Of a stretch of DNA of 64,000 nt, positions 1 to 8,843 are shown piece by piece. The stretch is from assembly GCA_031404135.1 (NCBI GenBank), contig JANNHA010000071.1, positions 6,198 through 70,197 of the forward strand, in the 5' to 3' direction. The position numbers were made by a program, and so were the translations under genes. The notes beneath the pieces are model-generated. The model saw only the letters and a program-made list of their open reading frames with translations, made no database searches and had not been told where the DNA came from. Each line of letters begins with the position of its first letter. The stretch's first letter is position 1. The DNA comes from Verrucomicrobiota bacterium. GTDB lineage: Bacteria; Verrucomicrobiota; Verrucomicrobiia; Opitutales; Opitutaceae.

Positions 1-2
1 GG

Positions 3-191
3 ACTTTTGAGGTAAACGTTTTCGCCCACGTGTTCAACGTGCTCAACAAAACCTATGTTTCCGACGCGACCGACGAGAGCGCGTTTGAAGCCGTTGGCAT
101 CAACCTGGCGGCCAGGCACACGGCCCAGCGCGCCGAAGTGTTTATGGGCCTGCCGATCAACTTCAACACCGGCGTCAAAATTTCGTTCTGA
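3..191 (+). CDS. 3' end of an outer-membrane beta-barrel protein (TonB-dependent-receptor-like C terminus), partial
   Basis: Frame 3 is open from the window edge to TGA at 189-191. Translation ends ...MGLPINFNTGVKISF, with the terminal Phe typical of OM beta-barrels. A hairpin terminator follows. Confidence 0.45.
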   Translation, partial: TFEVNVFAHVFNVLNKTYVSDATDESAFEAVGINLAARHTAQRAEVFMGLPINFNTGVKISF

Positions 192-212
192 GAATAGGTG
201 AATTGATTTTAC

Positions 213-245
213 GAGGCGGCTCTTCTTCGGAGCCGCCTCTTTTGC
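213..245 (+). terminator. Rho-independent terminator
   Basis: Perfect 10-bp stem GAGGCGGCTC / GAGCCGCCTC (213-222 / 230-239), 7-nt loop, then TTTTG. Confidence 0.6.
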
Positions 246-316
246 GCCTCGTGGTTGGGTCGGTATTCTGAACCGGTCGGCGGGCGGGCGAGGCTGCGGG
301 CGGGCCCGCTGCTTGG

Positions 317-1093
317 TTACAACCCGAGCAGGCCGCCGTTTTTCTTAAGCCAGTGTTCGGCCTCGCGCCAGGTGGGGCAGACTTCCTCGACCCGCGCCCA
401 GAAACGTGCCGAGTGGTTCATCTCACGCAGATGCATCAATTCGTGATAAATGATGTAGTCGCGGACTGAATACGGGGTTTGCACCAGCCGCCAGTTGAGC
501 GAAATCACGCCGCTGCTGGAACACGAGCCCCAGCGCGAACGTTGGTTGCGTACGGTGACTTGTTTCACCTCGACGTTGGTTTCGGCTGCAAGTTCCCAGG
601 TGCGGCCGGGCAGTTCGATTTTGGCTTTTCGGCCGAAATGCGCCTCCAGTGTCGGGCGTAGATCGCCGCTGAGTTGAGGCACGCGAAAGACATCGGCTCC
701 GAGGCACACGAGCGGTCGGTCGCCTTCGGCTGCCATCCGCAGTTCGGTCAGCTCGCCACGCCAGAGCACCGGCGTGCCGAGCGTCCAGTGGTCGGCGCCG
801 GTGGGGCGTACTTGCTGGCGGGCGCGCGCGCGGTCGAGCCAGCTGCGGTGTAGTTCAACAAAAGCGTGGGCTTCGCGTTCCGTGCCGCGTGCCGGTATAG
901 TCGCCACCGCCACACCGTCGCGGCGAAGCGTGAGGCGGTAGTGGTGCGCACGGGCGCTGCGCTGGAAAAGGATTTCCGGCGGGGCCTTGTGCACGCCGGC
1001 TTCCGGCGCGAAGGCGTCAAACAGGCTTTGCTGGACTTCGTCGTTCACGAGTTGGGCGGAGTGAATGGATCGTTTGGCGCTGACGCCAGCCAC
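317..1093 (-). CDS. YgjP/DUF45-family (M48-like) metal-dependent hydrolase
   Basis: 258-aa ORF. The C-terminal block WGSCSSSGVISLNWRLVQTP...YIIYHELMHLREMNHSARFW contains the HExxH motif in the context typical of the YgjP family. Confidence 0.85.
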   Translation of the reverse strand: MAGVSAKRSIHSAQLVNDEVQQSLFDAFAPEAGVHKAPPEILFQRSARAHHYRLTLRRDGVAVATIPARGTEREAHAFVELHRSWLDRARARQQVRPTGADHWTLGTPVLWRGELTELRMAAEGDRPLVCLGADVFRVPQLSGDLRPTLEAHFGRKAKIELPGRTWELAAETNVEVKQVTVRNQRSRWGSCSSSGVISLNWRLVQTPYSVRDYIIYHELMHLREMNHSARFWARVEEVCPTWREAEHWLKKNGGLLGL

Positions 1094-1127
1094 TGCAAGC
1101 GCGCCGTTTTGTCAGTGGTGCGCGTGC

Positions 1128-1574
1128 TCAAAGCGGGACAATTTCCCATTCAAAGGTGCGTGTTTCATTCGGGAAATACAGCCAGGCGAAACTGGGTGGC
1201 CAGCCGCGGTTGGGGCGTGAGATACAACCGGGGTTGAGCCAGCGGACACCGCCAAGCATTTCGTTGCGCGGCACATGGGTGTGGCCATGCATGAGCACGT
1301 CGCAATGCAGCGGCGGATGCCGGGGCGGCACATGAACGAGGTGGAAGCGGAGGCCATGGCGCACGAGGTCGAGGCTCTCGGGCCAGGCGGGGTTGTCGTC
1401 GTTATTGCCGAGGACGATGCGAATGGGCCGACGCAACTGCTCGAACATGATCAAGGTCTTCGGATCGCACACGTCACCTAAATGCCAGATTTCGTCGGCT
1501 GGCGTCAGATGGTAGAGCAGTTTTTTGGGATAATGATTGTGCGTATCGGCGATGACACCGATGCGCAGCGACAT
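1128..1574 (-). CDS. Metallophosphoesterase, YfcE/MJ0936 family
   Basis: Motifs IGVIADTHN, HLGDV, GNNDD and HGHTHVP. The ORF is open to 1625, but the ATG at 1574 (MSLRIGVIADTH) gives the canonical N terminus. Confidence 0.8.
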   Translation of the reverse strand: MSLRIGVIADTHNHYPKKLLYHLTPADEIWHLGDVCDPKTLIMFEQLRRPIRIVLGNNDDNPAWPESLDLVRHGLRFHLVHVPPRHPPLHCDVLMHGHTHVPRNEMLGGVRWLNPGCISRPNRGWPPSFAWLYFPNETRTFEWEIVPL

Positions 1575-1681
1575 GTGAGTAAGGAGGCTGATTTTCGCCG
1601 CCGACGCAAAGCAGAATGCGGACATAAAAACCGGCCGCTTGGACAGGCGGCCGGCTGGAGCTGAAAGGATTTTTTCGTGCG

Positions 1682-2191
1682 CTAAACGCTGCGCGCGATG
1701 TGTTCGACGGTTTCGGGTGAGACGACGCGGTCGATGTCGAGGAGGGTTTTCACGGCGCCTTTAATCTTGGCCATGCCGAGGATGTAGGTCGTGTCGATGC
1801 GCGTGCCGAAGTCGGGTGTGGGCTCGATTTCGTTGCTGGCGAGATTTACGACTTCTTCGACGCTGTCGACGATGAGGCCCATCTGAACGTTCTGACCGGA
1901 AGGAAGTTTAACTTGTACGACAACGATACAGGTGCGTTCGGCAAACTCCGCCTTGAGACCGAATTTAACGCGAAGATCGATGATGGGGATAACGCGGCCG
2001 CGCAGGTTGATCACGCCTTTGACGAATTCCGGCATCTGCGGAACCGGCGTAATTTTTTGCATGCGAATAATTTCACGCACCTTGAGCACGGCGACACCAT
2101 ACGACTCGTTGTCGAGTGCAACGGTGAGGTATTTGCCAGCGTTTTGGGCGTCGATGGTCGAAGAAACGGACGAGACGGCAGGAGTGCTCAT
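1682..2191 (-). CDS. cheW: Chemotaxis coupling protein CheW
   Basis: CheW-domain sequence YGVAVLKVREIIRMQKITPVPQMPEFVKGVINLRGRVIPIIDLRVKFG. The ORF is open to 2323. The internal ATG at 2191 gives a typical length of about 170 aa. Confidence 0.85.
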   Translation of the reverse strand: MSTPAVSSVSSTIDAQNAGKYLTVALDNESYGVAVLKVREIIRMQKITPVPQMPEFVKGVINLRGRVIPIIDLRVKFGLKAEFAERTCIVVVQVKLPSGQNVQMGLIVDSVEEVVNLASNEIEPTPDFGTRIDTTYILGMAKIKGAVKTLLDIDRVVSPETVEHIARSV

Positions 2192-2389
2192 AAAAAGGAT
2201 GTCGCTCGCGCAGTTGAGCGCGGTCTGACAGGCCATATTACGGCGCGGACGGGAATATGCTTTAGGGGAAAAGCACGCTGACAGGCTGTCGCAGGCGGCA
2301 TTTTCGCTTTTCGCGCACGTCACAGAGATCGTTCAAGTTTCTGTCGGCTGCGTCGTACTAGAAGGAGGTTAAACAACTCACCCTGCGGT

Positions 2390-4600
2390 ATGTCCATCTC
2401 ACCAGCCTCCTACGCCGCCCTTGACGACGCGATCAGCCGTCTTGCTGGCGAATCTATTCTTGCTCAACCAGGCCGGGACGAAGGTCTCATCCCCGCCTAC
2501 AGCTTGCTCGGCGAACTATGCGAGCTTAGCACGGGCGAGCCCGCATTAAACGGTCCTGCCGCTGCCTTGCGCGCTGATCTCGAAAAACTTCTGGATGCAG
2601 CCAAACCATTCGATGATCCTAGCCTCGCCGCCTTTCGTAGCGCGGTCAATTGGTTGCCCAAGGCGTTTGCTGCGCTGAAGGCGGGCCAGGCGATTCCGCC
2701 GGCGCCCGGTGCTGCCGCAGCCAACACCGTACAGACGGCCTCCCGGGTCAGTGCGCCCGCCGCCGATGATGGCCTCGCGGCCAAGGATACGCTGCTCGAT
2801 CTGAATTTGGAGGAGAACAGTGAACTGCTGACGGAGTTTCACGCCGAAGCCCTGGATCATTTGCAACAGATCGAGGCGGCGTTGCTCGTGCTCGACGAAC
2901 AGCCGGACGATCCGGAGGCGCTCAACTCCATTTTCCGCTCATTTCATACGATCAAAGGCGTGTCGGGCTTCCTGCACCTGACGCCCATGCATACACTCAC
3001 GCATGAAGTGGAGTCGCTGCTCGACCTCGCCCGAAACCGGAAGCTGCGCCTAAATTCCACGATCATCACCGAGATCCTCAAGAGCCGCGATGCCGTGCAG
3101 GCGATGGTGCAGCAAATCACGGCCGCCCTCGAAAACGGCACGCTGCCCTCGCAGGTGATTGCGGTCAGCCATTTGATGCGTGCGGTGAAAATCCTCGCCG
3201 TTCCCGACGCGGAAAAAGCGCCGACCCCAGCCCCGGCCCCAGCCAGCGCTGCGGCTCAAACACCCGCCGAAGCGCCGATTGAAGCACACGAGGAGAACGA
3301 CGGCGACACTCATGCGCCGATCGCGCCCGTGCTTCATTTCAATGACCCGGCTCCTTCGGCCGGCAGCGCCGAACCTGCTGCCATCGCTCATAAATCGCCG
3401 GAGGCCGCCGCTCCCACCGCAGCCACGCAGGGCAAGGCCGGCAGTTCAAGCACCGTACGTGTCAACACCGACAAACTTGATTCGCTCATGGATGTTGTCG
3501 GTGAGCTCGTGATCGTGCAGAGCCAGCTCAGCGAATCGGCGCGCGTTCTCGGCATCGAGAATTCCCCGCTACAGCGCAATATTTCACAATTCGGCCGTCT
3601 CACGAAGGAAATGCAGCACACCGCGATGTCGTTGCGCATGATCCCGATCAAACCAACCTTCCAAAAAATGGAGCGGCTGGCGCGCGATCTCTCGCGTGAT
3701 TTTGGCAAAAAGGTGAATTTCAGCGTGAGTGGAGAAGACACCGAACTGGACCGCACGGTGGTTGAGGACATTGGCGATCCCCTAGTGCACATGGTGCGAA
3801 ATTCCCTCGACCACGGTCTGGAAACCACAGCCCAACGACTCGCCGCCGGTAAATCGGAGCACGGCAAGGTCACATTGAAGGCGTATCACGAAGGTGGAAA
3901 CATTGTGATCGAATTGAGTGATGACGGTCGCGGCATCGACCCCGAAAAGATTCTCACCAAGGCAAGAAAACAAGGCTTGGTGCAACCCAACGCCCAGCTG
4001 ACCAAGGAGGAGACGCTTAACCTCATCTTCCTTCCCGGTTTTTCCACCGCCGAAAAAGTCACCGCCGTTTCTGGGCGCGGCGTCGGCATGGACGTGGTGC
4101 GGCGCAACATCGACAAGCTACGCGGCAAGATCGAGATCCTTTCCGAGGTCGGCCAGGGTTCGACCTTCCGTATCCGTTTACCCCTTACAATGGCCATTAT
4201 CGACGGCCTCGTGGTTCGGGTGGGCGAAGATCGTTTTATCCTGCCGAGCACTTCGGTGCAGATGGCATTGCGCCCGCGAAAGGAAGCGTTTTTCACCGTT
4301 CAAGGCCGGGGCGAAGTCCTCGACCATCGTGGCAAGATCTTGCCTCTGCATCGCCTACACCGTCGCTTCGGCATTGCCGGTGCGATTGAGAATCCGTGGG
4401 AGGCGATCATCGTGATTGTTGAAAGCAACGGCCGCGCCAATGCACTGCTGGTCGACGACATGGTCAGTAAGCAGGAAGTCGTGATCAAGCCGCTGGGCGG
4501 ATTCCTCCAAAGCCTCGCTGGCATCTCCGGCGGTGCCATTCTGGGTGATGGCAACATCGCCCTGATTCTCGATCCAGGTTCGCTGTTTACTGCCGCTTGA
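2390..4600 (+). CDS. cheA: Chemotaxis histidine kinase CheA
   Basis: 736 aa. Contains an Hpt box FRSFHTIKGVSGFLHL, a dimerisation/HATPase region (DPLVHMVRNSLDHG, DDGRGID, GRGVGMDVV) and a C-terminal CheW-like domain. Confidence 0.9.
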   Translation: MSISPASYAALDDAISRLAGESILAQPGRDEGLIPAYSLLGELCELSTGEPALNGPAAALRADLEKLLDAAKPFDDPSLAAFRSAVNWLPKAFAALKAGQAIPPAPGAAAANTVQTASRVSAPAADDGLAAKDTLLDLNLEENSELLTEFHAEALDHLQQIEAALLVLDEQPDDPEALNSIFRSFHTIKGVSGFLHLTPMHTLTHEVESLLDLARNRKLRLNSTIITEILKSRDAVQAMVQQITAALENGTLPSQVIAVSHLMRAVKILAVPDAEKAPTPAPAPASAAAQTPAEAPIEAHEENDGDTHAPIAPVLHFNDPAPSAGSAEPAAIAHKSPEAAAPTAATQGKAGSSSTVRVNTDKLDSLMDVVGELVIVQSQLSESARVLGIENSPLQRNISQFGRLTKEMQHTAMSLRMIPIKPTFQKMERLARDLSRDFGKKVNFSVSGEDTELDRTVVEDIGDPLVHMVRNSLDHGLETTAQRLAAGKSEHGKVTLKAYHEGGNIVIELSDDGRGIDPEKILTKARKQGLVQPNAQLTKEETLNLIFLPGFSTAEKVTAVSGRGVGMDVVRRNIDKLRGKIEILSEVGQGSTFRIRLPLTMAIIDGLVVRVGEDRFILPSTSVQMALRPRKEAFFTVQGRGEVLDHRGKILPLHRLHRRFGIAGAIENPWEAIIVIVESNGRANALLVDDMVSKQEVVIKPLGGFLQSLAGISGGAILGDGNIALILDPGSLFTAA

Positions 4601-4621
4601 TAAATCTTAAATTTAACGAAC

Positions 4622-5500
4622 ATGTCTACAGTACCAACATTCACCGAAGTCTGCGAAAAGGCCACCCGGTTGCCCTGTTCACCCGCTTTGTTGCCACGCC
4701 TGATTGAAGTTTTGGACAAAGAAGATTCGTCGATTGACGAACTCGAGGGCGTCATCCGCATCGATACAGTGCTGGCCAGCTCGACGCTGCGCCTGGCCAA
4801 TTCGGCCTATTTTGCGGCAGGCAGCACTCAGGTGGAAAATTTAAGCGAGGCGATCATGCGCCTCGGTCAGCATGAAGTTTATCGTCTGGCCGCGCTCTCG
4901 CTGGCGAGTCGCTGGATGACACAGAAGATCGACGGCTATCGCTGGGAAGCTGGCGATTTTTGCCGGATGTCGTTGATGGTTGCGGTTGCAGCTGAATATC
5001 TCGCCGCACAAACCGGCCGCGTTGATTCGAAGATCGCATATACGGCGGGTCTGGTGCATGAAGTCGGCAAACTCGCCGTGGCGTATTCGTGTGGCGAATA
5101 CTTTCCCGCAATTCGCGCGTTTCAGACGAGCACGGGCTGCACATGGCTTAACGCTGAAAAAGAGGTGCTTGGTTATAATAATTCCGAAATCGGTGGGGAA
5201 CTGCTCAAGCGTTGGAAATTTCCGGCGTCTCTCGTCGCGCTGGGCATTTACAATCCGCCGACCGCCAGTGCGCCGGCCGACGTTTTACCGCTTTTAGTGC
5301 ATGTGCATGCGGCCAAATATATCGCCGTCACCATCGGCGTGGGTGTGGCCGAAGACGGCTTTTTGTACGACCTCAATGCTCCTCTGCTAATGGAGTGGGG
5401 GTTTTCCCCGAGTGTCCTTGAGGCCGCGATCCCCGAAGTTATGACGCAAGCAAGCAAGCTGTTGCAGGAAAAACTTTCGCACGGTTCACTGAGCTTTTGA
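4622..5500 (+). CDS. HDOD domain signalling protein
   Basis: 292 aa, 22 nt downstream of cheA. HDOD-type layout with LRLANSAYF ... AGLVHEVGKLAV. Confidence 0.75.
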   Translation: MSTVPTFTEVCEKATRLPCSPALLPRLIEVLDKEDSSIDELEGVIRIDTVLASSTLRLANSAYFAAGSTQVENLSEAIMRLGQHEVYRLAALSLASRWMTQKIDGYRWEAGDFCRMSLMVAVAAEYLAAQTGRVDSKIAYTAGLVHEVGKLAVAYSCGEYFPAIRAFQTSTGCTWLNAEKEVLGYNNSEIGGELLKRWKFPASLVALGIYNPPTASAPADVLPLLVHVHAAKYIAVTIGVGVAEDGFLYDLNAPLLMEWGFSPSVLEAAIPEVMTQASKLLQEKLSHGSLSF

Positions 5501-5530
5501 AGCGATGAGCAAGGTGCGTCGTGTGATTCC

Positions 5531-5585
5531 GGGGGCGGAGGTCCGGACGGCTAACCCGGCCGCCGCCCCCACCGGATTTTTTTTA
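5531..5585 (+). terminator. Rho-independent terminator after the cheA-HDOD unit
   Basis: GGGGGCGG (5531-5538) pairs with CCGCCCCC (5563-5570), with an inner CCGG/CCGG stem. A run of 8 T follows at 5577-5584. Confidence 0.6.
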
Positions 5586-5816
5586 GGACCGCACTAAAGT
5601 TCCTTTAAAGCGGTCCGATATGAGAGTAATCGCCAAGTGATGCTGGCGAGTATTTGCAGGTGTTGTGGTCAGCCCGGCCTGGTGCTTATGGCACAGGCCG
5701 GGCGCTATTTTGGCCCTCACAAAATGAAACCTGAAACATTTCGAGCGCGGGCAACGTCTAGGCTTTCGAGAGAGCAGTTGTTTTCTCGCTTCGGTTCGCC
5801 GCTTCCCCCTTCAAAC

Positions 5817-7379
5817 ATGAAAGCCCTGTTTTTTCTCGTCGTCGTGTTGACCGGATTATTGTGCGCGGGAGCGGAGTCCAATCCCTACGAAAGTCCGGGC
5901 ACTTTGCAGTCGCACGGCCGCATCGATGAGCTGATCTTTTCCCGTCTCAAGCAACTCGACGTTCTCCCTGCGCAAAATTGTTCGGACTCAGCCTTCGTGC
6001 GGCGTGTCTTTCTCGACGTGATCGGAACGCTCCCGACCGCTGCCGAGGCCAAAACTTTCCTCACCGACAAAAACCCCGACAAACGCCGGGCCCTGATTGA
6101 CGACCTGCTCACGCGTGACGAGTTTGCCGATTTTTGGGCGATGAAATGGAGCGACCTGCTCCGGGTGAAAGCCGAGTACCCGATCAATCTCTGGCCCAAC
6201 GCCGCCCAAGCATATCATCACTGGATCGAGACCTCGCTTCACGCCAATAAACCATTCGACCAGTTCGCTCGTGAACTCCTCACCTCGAACGGCAGCAATT
6301 TCCGCAACGGCCCAGCCAATTTCTACCGCGCACTGCAAAGTCGCGACGCCCAGTCAATCGCGCGCACGGTCGCGCTGACCTTCATGGGCGTTCGCGCCGA
6401 AAAGTGGCCCGCCGAAAAACAAGCCGGGCTCGCCGCCTTCTTCACCCAGATCGGCTACAAAACCACGGCTGAGTGGAAAGAGGAAATTGTCTTCTACGAT
6501 CCCGCCAAGACGCCGCCGACCGGATTGTCCGCTGCCACCTTTCCCGATGGCACGCCCGCCATACTCACGGCCGACCGGGATCCACGCGAAATCTTCGCCG
6601 ACTGGCTCATCGATCCGAAAAACCCCTGGTTCACGCGCGCGGTTGCCAACCGCGTTTGGTTCTGGCTACTAGGTCGTGGCATCGTGCATGAGCCCGACGA
6701 TTTTCGCCCCGATAATCCACCCGCCAGCCTTGAGCTCCTCGCTTATCTCGAAGAGCAGCTGGTCGCCGCCCGCTACGATTTGAAGGCGCTCTTTCGCCTG
6801 ATCCTCAACTCGCAAACCTACCAGCTCTCCTGCCTGCCGCGCAGCGAAAAGCCCGAGGCCGCCGCCAATTTCGCATTCTATCCGCTGCGCCGCCTTGAGG
6901 CCGAAGTGCTCATCGACGCGCTTAACCAAATCACCGGTTCGACCGAGAAATACACGAGTGCGATTCCCGAACCCTTTACTTATGTGCCCGAGGGCGTGCG
7001 CTCGATTGCGTTGCCCGATGGCAGCATCACCAGCTCATTTTTGGAGATGTTTGGTCGTCCGGCGCGCGACACCGGTCAGGAATTGGAGCGCAACAACCGC
7101 ACCACGCCCACGCAGCGCCTGCACCTGCTCAACTCCAGTCAGGTACGCCGCAAGCTCGAGCAGGGCCCCAACCTGCAGGTCATCTGGCGCGAAAACCAAA
7201 AACGCCCGGCCGAGCTCATCGACACGCTTTACTTAACCATTCTCTCCCGCCATCCGACTCCCGAAGAGCGCAAGACAGTGCAAGCCTACGTCAAGACCTC
7301 CGCGCTGCCCTCGCAACAAGCCGGACTCGATCTTGCCTGGGCGCTCGTTAACAGCGCCGAATTTCTTCATCGCCACTAA
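5817..7379 (+). CDS. DUF1549/DUF1553 domain protein (PSD1-like), secreted
   Basis: Motifs FADFWAMKWSDLLRV (DUF1549) and NRVWFWLLGRGIVHEPDDF (DUF1553). The ATG at 5817 (MKALFFLVVVLTGLLCAGA) gives a signal peptide. The ORF is open from GTG 5637. Confidence 0.8.
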   Translation: MKALFFLVVVLTGLLCAGAESNPYESPGTLQSHGRIDELIFSRLKQLDVLPAQNCSDSAFVRRVFLDVIGTLPTAAEAKTFLTDKNPDKRRALIDDLLTRDEFADFWAMKWSDLLRVKAEYPINLWPNAAQAYHHWIETSLHANKPFDQFARELLTSNGSNFRNGPANFYRALQSRDAQSIARTVALTFMGVRAEKWPAEKQAGLAAFFTQIGYKTTAEWKEEIVFYDPAKTPPTGLSAATFPDGTPAILTADRDPREIFADWLIDPKNPWFTRAVANRVWFWLLGRGIVHEPDDFRPDNPPASLELLAYLEEQLVAARYDLKALFRLILNSQTYQLSCLPRSEKPEAAANFAFYPLRRLEAEVLIDALNQITGSTEKYTSAIPEPFTYVPEGVRSIALPDGSITSSFLEMFGRPARDTGQELERNNRTTPTQRLHLLNSSQVRRKLEQGPNLQVIWRENQKRPAELIDTLYLTILSRHPTPEERKTVQAYVKTSALPSQQAGLDLAWALVNSAEFLHRH

Positions 7380-7410
7380 ACCAACGGCCACCGCCAAACC
7401 CTCTGCCGCC

Positions 7411-8829
7411 ATGCATCCTCCCTACGAATCCGACAACGTCTGGCAGGCCTGCGCGCACGACCAGGCATCTCAGGAAACGCACATCGAGATCCCCGAGATC
7501 ACCCGCCGCGAGATGTTGCGCTGCGGCTTCATCGGTGCCGCCGGCGCGCTCCTCGCCAATAATCTCAGCCTGAGCGCACTCGCCGCGATGCCCTCGGCGA
7601 AACCGCTTAAAACCGCTAACGCGCCCGCCAAGTCCGTCATTCAAATCTGGCTCTGGGGCGGTGCCTGCCACCTCGACACCTTTGATCCAAAGCCCGACGC
7701 CGGCGATATCTACACCGGCCCGTTGAAGACTCCGCTTGTCACAAATGTTGCCGGCGTCCGCATCGGCGAACTCCTGCCGCAACTCGCGAAACAGGCCGAC
7801 AAGTATTCGCTCATCCGCAGCCTCACCCACGGCAGCAACGGTCACGAAACCGCCGCCTACATGGTGCAGACCGGCCGTCCCTCGGGCGACCGCTACGTTT
7901 TTCCGTCGGTCGGTGCCGTGGTGTCGCTGTTTAAAGGTTATGACTCGGGTTACGCCGGTCTCGTGCCGCCCTACATTGTGCTTACCGAGTTGCAGGGCCG
8001 CTTCTCCGAGTCGGGATTTCTTGGTCAACGCTACCGGCCCTTCGCGTCTGGCGGCGACCCGGCGCGCATGCCCTTTGCCGTCGAGGGCGTTGTTGCTCAG
8101 GGCATCTCAGAAGGCCGCCAGCAGGGCCGCCGTGATTTTCTCGGCAACCTCAACACGCTCGCCCGAACCTTGCCCAACGACCCATTGCTCACCGCCTCCG
8201 CACAGGCCGAGACGCAAGCCTACGACCTCATCCTCGGCGACGCCGGCAAAGTCTTTGACGCTTCGAAGGAAACCGATGCGCTCAAAGACCGCTACGGGCG
8301 CAACAGTTTTGGGCAGTCGTGCTTGATGGCGCGTCGTCTCGTCGAACGCGGTGTGCCGTATGTGACAATCAACTACAAGGGCTGGGACACGCACAAACGC
8401 CACTTCGAGATCATGCGAAACAAACTGCCCGAGCTCGACAAAGGCCTTTCCTCGCTCTTGCAGGATCTTTCCGACCGTGGCCTGCTCGACAGCACGATCG
8501 TGTGGTGTGGCGGAGAGTTCGGTCGAACGCCGCGCGTTCAATGGGAAGCGCCATGGAACGGTGGACGTGGCCACCACGGCAAAGTATTTTCCGCGCTGCT
8601 CGCCGGCGGCGGTTTCAAGGGCGGCCAGGTCGTCGGGTCCTCCGATGCCAAAGGCGAAGAAGTGAATGACCGGCCAGTTTACCCAAGCGATTTGATCGGC
8701 AGCATGTACACGAAACTCGGCATCGCACCCGAAGCCAAACTTCCGCATCCTGAAGGCATTGATACCGCTGCGTACCCGCCACCGCTTGAAGGTGTGAAGA
8801 GTGCCGGACTGCTCCGCGAGATTATGTGA
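7411..8829 (+). CDS. DUF1501 (sulfatase-fold) protein with Tat-type signal
   Basis: Twin-arginine-like TRREMLRCGFIGAAGALLA, then IQIWLWGGACHLDTFDPKP, the DUF1501 signature. The likely start MHPPYE at 7411 lies inside the ORF that opens at 7333. Confidence 0.85.
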   Translation: MHPPYESDNVWQACAHDQASQETHIEIPEITRREMLRCGFIGAAGALLANNLSLSALAAMPSAKPLKTANAPAKSVIQIWLWGGACHLDTFDPKPDAGDIYTGPLKTPLVTNVAGVRIGELLPQLAKQADKYSLIRSLTHGSNGHETAAYMVQTGRPSGDRYVFPSVGAVVSLFKGYDSGYAGLVPPYIVLTELQGRFSESGFLGQRYRPFASGGDPARMPFAVEGVVAQGISEGRQQGRRDFLGNLNTLARTLPNDPLLTASAQAETQAYDLILGDAGKVFDASKETDALKDRYGRNSFGQSCLMARRLVERGVPYVTINYKGWDTHKRHFEIMRNKLPELDKGLSSLLQDLSDRGLLDSTIVWCGGEFGRTPRVQWEAPWNGGRGHHGKVFSALLAGGGFKGGQVVGSSDAKGEEVNDRPVYPSDLIGSMYTKLGIAPEAKLPHPEGIDTAAYPPPLEGVKSAGLLREIM

Positions 8830-8843
8830 GGTCATTTCTCTCC

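Noticed and set aside
5637-5816. N-terminal extensions offered by the ORF track (5637 for the DUF1549 gene; likewise 7333, 8826, 11613, 34962, 51974, 54102, 60132)
   Set aside because: Internal ATGs directly precede signal peptides or canonical N termini. The extensions overlap upstream genes or terminators and encode Arg/Cys-rich sequence.
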